From: an uncultured bacterium
GTDB taxonomy: Bacteria; Gemmatimonadota; Gemmatimonadetes; Gemmatimonadales; GWC2-71-9
Assembly: GCA_965653495.1 (NCBI GenBank)
Contig: CBFHAJ010000003.1
Coordinates: 1-50,932 of the forward strand
Reading direction: 5' to 3'
Length of the DNA stretch: 50,932 bases
Of the stretch, positions 48,511 to 50,932 are shown in pieces; the stretch's first letter is position 1; each line of letters starts with the position of its first letter. A program made the translations under genes and the position numbers. A model generated the notes under the pieces. The model was given only the letters and a program-made list of their open reading frames with translations, did no database searches and was not told the DNA's origin.

Positions 48511-48570
48511 CCCACCGTCCTGGACGCCACTGCAAGCACGCGCGCACATAACGTCATAGCGCATAGCTAA

Positions 48571-49956
48571 TCACCGTACGAGATCCACCCATCCTGCCTC
48601 GTTCGCGATGAGGGCGAAGCGGCCTGAGGGGTCGAAGTCGATCCGCCGAGGCCGGCCACCAGGATAGAGCGTGGTCACCACCCGGAGCGTGCCGCGGTCG
48701 AGCACCACAACCCGTCCAGCCGCGAGCAGGGTGACGTACACGAGGGCATCGTCGGGGCTCACCCGCACGCCGAACGTCGTGGTGCCAAACTGCAGACGGG
48801 TGCGGACCCCGTTGGACAGCTGGATGATGTCCAGCCAGCCGTCCTCATTGGCCGCGAACAGTGTCCGTCCGTCCGACGGCAGGGTCACTCCCTGCACCCT
48901 TCCACCGACGCTGAAAGATCGCACCACGTGGAGCGTACTCGTGTCGATCTCCAGGATGCGCCCCGCCTTCCATGTCGGCAGGAACAACAGGTGTCCGCCC
49001 GGGTCGAGCGCGAGCTCCGTGCACACCTGTGGCACGGGGACGGAACCCCTCACCTTGCCGGTTTGGAGCGAGACGGCACAGAGGCGGTCGAGGTTGGTCG
49101 TAATGAACAGGGTCCCGTCGTCGGGCGCGAGGACCGCTCCCATGGGGTGGCCCGGGACGACGATCGCCGCGACCTGCTCACCACGCTCGACATCGATGAC
49201 GCCGACCTCCTCGGCGAACTGATTGGTCACATACGCGAGCGTTCCTGCGGGATTGAACACGACGCGAGTCGGGACGGGGCCGGTCGGGACGCGACCGATC
49301 GACCGAAGCGGGTCGAGCGCCACACGTTCAAGCCGGGCGGCCCGGACGCACGTGACGTACGCACCCCCGTCCGAGTCGATCGCGACGTCGAAGGGGGCGC
49401 CGTTCACCGGGAGCCCCGGCACGAGAGTACCGGCAGGATGGTGCAGCCGGCTCGGCGCGTAGCGAGGCGTGGGTGCTTCGGGCACATCGAGTCCGTGCGA
49501 CCGCTTCGCAGGCGCAGAGAGTCGCGACCAGGCCCGCCCGGTCAGCGGCGCCGTGCGGCAGCACGCGCGGAGGCGCTGCGCAACCGCGGCGATGCCCAGC
49601 CGCCGCAGCTCGGTCCACCGCAGCCGGGTCACGCGGCGCACGAGCCGGTAGGCCGTCGCCGCATCGAGCCGCGCGCGCCGGGCCAAGCAGTGCAGCGAGG
49701 CGCCTGTGCGCTCGGCCTGGAACAGCCAGTACAAGACCCGCGCCCAGCCAGCGAGCTCTTCGAAGGGCGGCAGTCCCTCGCGACGCAACGCCCGGGCGAG
49801 CTGGTAGCGACTGCGCAGCCCCAAGAGCGTCGCCACGTCCGCAGCTGGTGGAACGTCGCCGTTGAAGCAGCCGAGCGTGGCCACCACGGCCCGACTCCGC
49901 GGCGAGAGCTCCGGCAACGCGGTCCGCAGCAGCGTGGTGAGCGGCAGTGGGGGCAT
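48571..49956 (-). CDS. AraC-like HTH domain fused to YncE/YVTN beta-propeller
   Basis: N-terminal two-HTH-like region (DVATLLGLRSRYQLARALRREGLP...SLHCLARRARLDAATAYRLVRRVT) with no signal peptide, and a C-terminal propeller (AYVTNQF, VGGRV, NEAGWVD). Start ATG 49956 (alternative 50004). Confidence 0.72.
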   Translation of the reverse strand: MPPLPLTTLLRTALPELSPRSRAVVATLGCFNGDVPPAADVATLLGLRSRYQLARALRREGLPPFEELAGWARVLYWLFQAERTGASLHCLARRARLDAATAYRLVRRVTRLRWTELRRLGIAAVAQRLRACCRTAPLTGRAWSRLSAPAKRSHGLDVPEAPTPRYAPSRLHHPAGTLVPGLPVNGAPFDVAIDSDGGAYVTCVRAARLERVALDPLRSIGRVPTGPVPTRVVFNPAGTLAYVTNQFAEEVGVIDVERGEQVAAIVVPGHPMGAVLAPDDGTLFITTNLDRLCAVSLQTGKVRGSVPVPQVCTELALDPGGHLLFLPTWKAGRILEIDTSTLHVVRSFSVGGRVQGVTLPSDGRTLFAANEDGWLDIIQLSNGVRTRLQFGTTTFGVRVSPDDALVYVTLLAAGRVVVLDRGTLRVVTTLYPGGRPRRIDFDPSGRFALIANEAGWVDLVR

Positions 49957-50085
49957 GCACACTTCCCGGCGCGAACGAGAACACGACTGTCGCGGGGACG
50001 CCATTTCCCCACGGGTAAATCAAATCTGCACCGCCGATAGGCGGGCCGGGAGTGGCGAATTGTTGCGTACACGCGCCAACAAGAG

Positions 50086-50117
50086 AAAGGGGGACCTCCA
50101 AGGGAGGTCCCCCTTTT
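50086..50117. terminator. Intrinsic terminator hairpin, potentially bidirectional
   Basis: AAAGGGGGACCTCC-AAG-GGAGGTCCCCCTTT is a perfect 14-bp inverted repeat with A- and T-rich flanks, about 20 nt downstream of the 50137 stop on the minus strand. Confidence 0.85.
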
Positions 50118-50136
50118 GACTGGTTCGGCTCAGCGC

Positions 50137-50931
50137 TCAGCGCACGATGTCGACCCAACCCCCTTCGTTCGGGACGATGACACTGCTCGTCGCTGGGTCA
50201 AAGGACAATTCGCGCGGCGAGCCGCCGACGTTGAGGGTGCCGATCATCGCACCGGTACTCGGGTTAACGACCACGACCAGACCGTTGAGCGCGCAGCTCA
50301 CGTAGAGCCGGCTGTTGTCGGGCGTGCGGAGCAGGCCGTAGCCCTGACACCCAGTCGTGATCGTGCCGGACTGGGTGTTGGACGCTACGTCCCACACAGT
50401 CACGTTCCCAGCCTCGGCGGCGATGAACAGCTTGCTGCCGTCACTCGACAGCTGGATCGCCTGAGGCGATCCTCCGGTCGCAAACGTCCGGACGATCTGA
50501 AGTGAAACCGGATTGAGCTCGAATACGCGTCCGCCGTCAAAACCTCGGGCTGAGGCGTAGAGCAACGTATGCGCCTGGTTCCACTCGAAGTGATACCCAG
50601 CTGCGGTAGGCAGCCCAGTCAGGGTGTTCAGGATTGTGTGACCAGCGAGATCGATCTTGTATATCGGACCGTCGGTCACGCCTACGAAGACGGTGTCGCC
50701 CGCCGGAGTCGCCGTGACCCCATAGCCATCGCCGGCGAAGCGCACGCTGTCGACGATCGTGAGCGTGGAGGTATTGATCGACGCGACCATGCCCCCGAAG
50801 CTGGCGGCGTAGACCCTTGTGCCGGCGGCATTGGGGTAGAGCTGCACGGGCAGCGTGCCGCCGGCCCCGGTTGAGGCTGTGCCCGTGAACTGCGCGCCCG
50901 CCACGTCGAGTCGCGTAGCCGTTCCCGCGTC
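50137..50931 (-). CDS. YncE-type beta-propeller protein, 5' truncated by window edge
   Basis: Frame is open to the window end. Repeats ATGGSPQAIQLSSDGSKLFIA and VGGSPREL; ends in PNEGGWVDIVR. Confidence 0.8.
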   Translation of the reverse strand, partial: DAGTATRLDVAGAQFTGTASTGAGGTLPVQLYPNAAGTRVYAASFGGMVASINTSTLTIVDSVRFAGDGYGVTATPAGDTVFVGVTDGPIYKIDLAGHTILNTLTGLPTAAGYHFEWNQAHTLLYASARGFDGGRVFELNPVSLQIVRTFATGGSPQAIQLSSDGSKLFIAAEAGNVTVWDVASNTQSGTITTGCQGYGLLRTPDNSRLYVSCALNGLVVVVNPSTGAMIGTLNVGGSPRELSFDPATSSVIVPNEGGWVDIVR

Positions 50932-50932
50932 G

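Overview
High-GC bacterial chromosome segment from a diderm, most likely Gemmatimonadota. This is inferred from the mcsB-clpC-bamA-skp-lpxD-lpxC/fabZ-lpxA gene order, bshC and protein style, not from a database search. Positions 1-40.4 kb are almost all plus-strand housekeeping genes: mcsB (partial), clpC, an outer-membrane/lipid A operon, gdh, rlmH, an AMMECR1-family gene, bshC, murJ, uvrC, thrC, larC and a TPR protein. They continue with a xylose/glycoside islet (GH3, xylA, xylB, GH30) around tRNA-Gly, then DUF512-der-plsY-gpsA-merR-GT2-surE-pcm-dedA-acyP-apt, tRNA-Arg and a yfgM-like gene. A strong XerCD dif-like site lies at 40433-40460, where gene orientation flips, so this is probably the replication terminus. 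Beyond it are dapF, a surface-glycosylation cluster (Dpm1-like GT2, YfhO GT-C, methyltransferase, flippase-like protein, GT4) and a tandem array of three paralogous YncE/YVTN beta-propeller genes. The middle paralogue has an AraC-like HTH in place of an export signal; this regulator-propeller module is the best candidate for an undescribed system. Other notable signals are G9-G10 tracts seen only in four envelope-glycan genes, an in-frame TAG in the probable gdh N-terminus, two possible ATC starts and three leaderless-type promoters. Some oddities may be sequencing or assembly errors. No CRISPR array, rRNA, transposase or integrase was seen.
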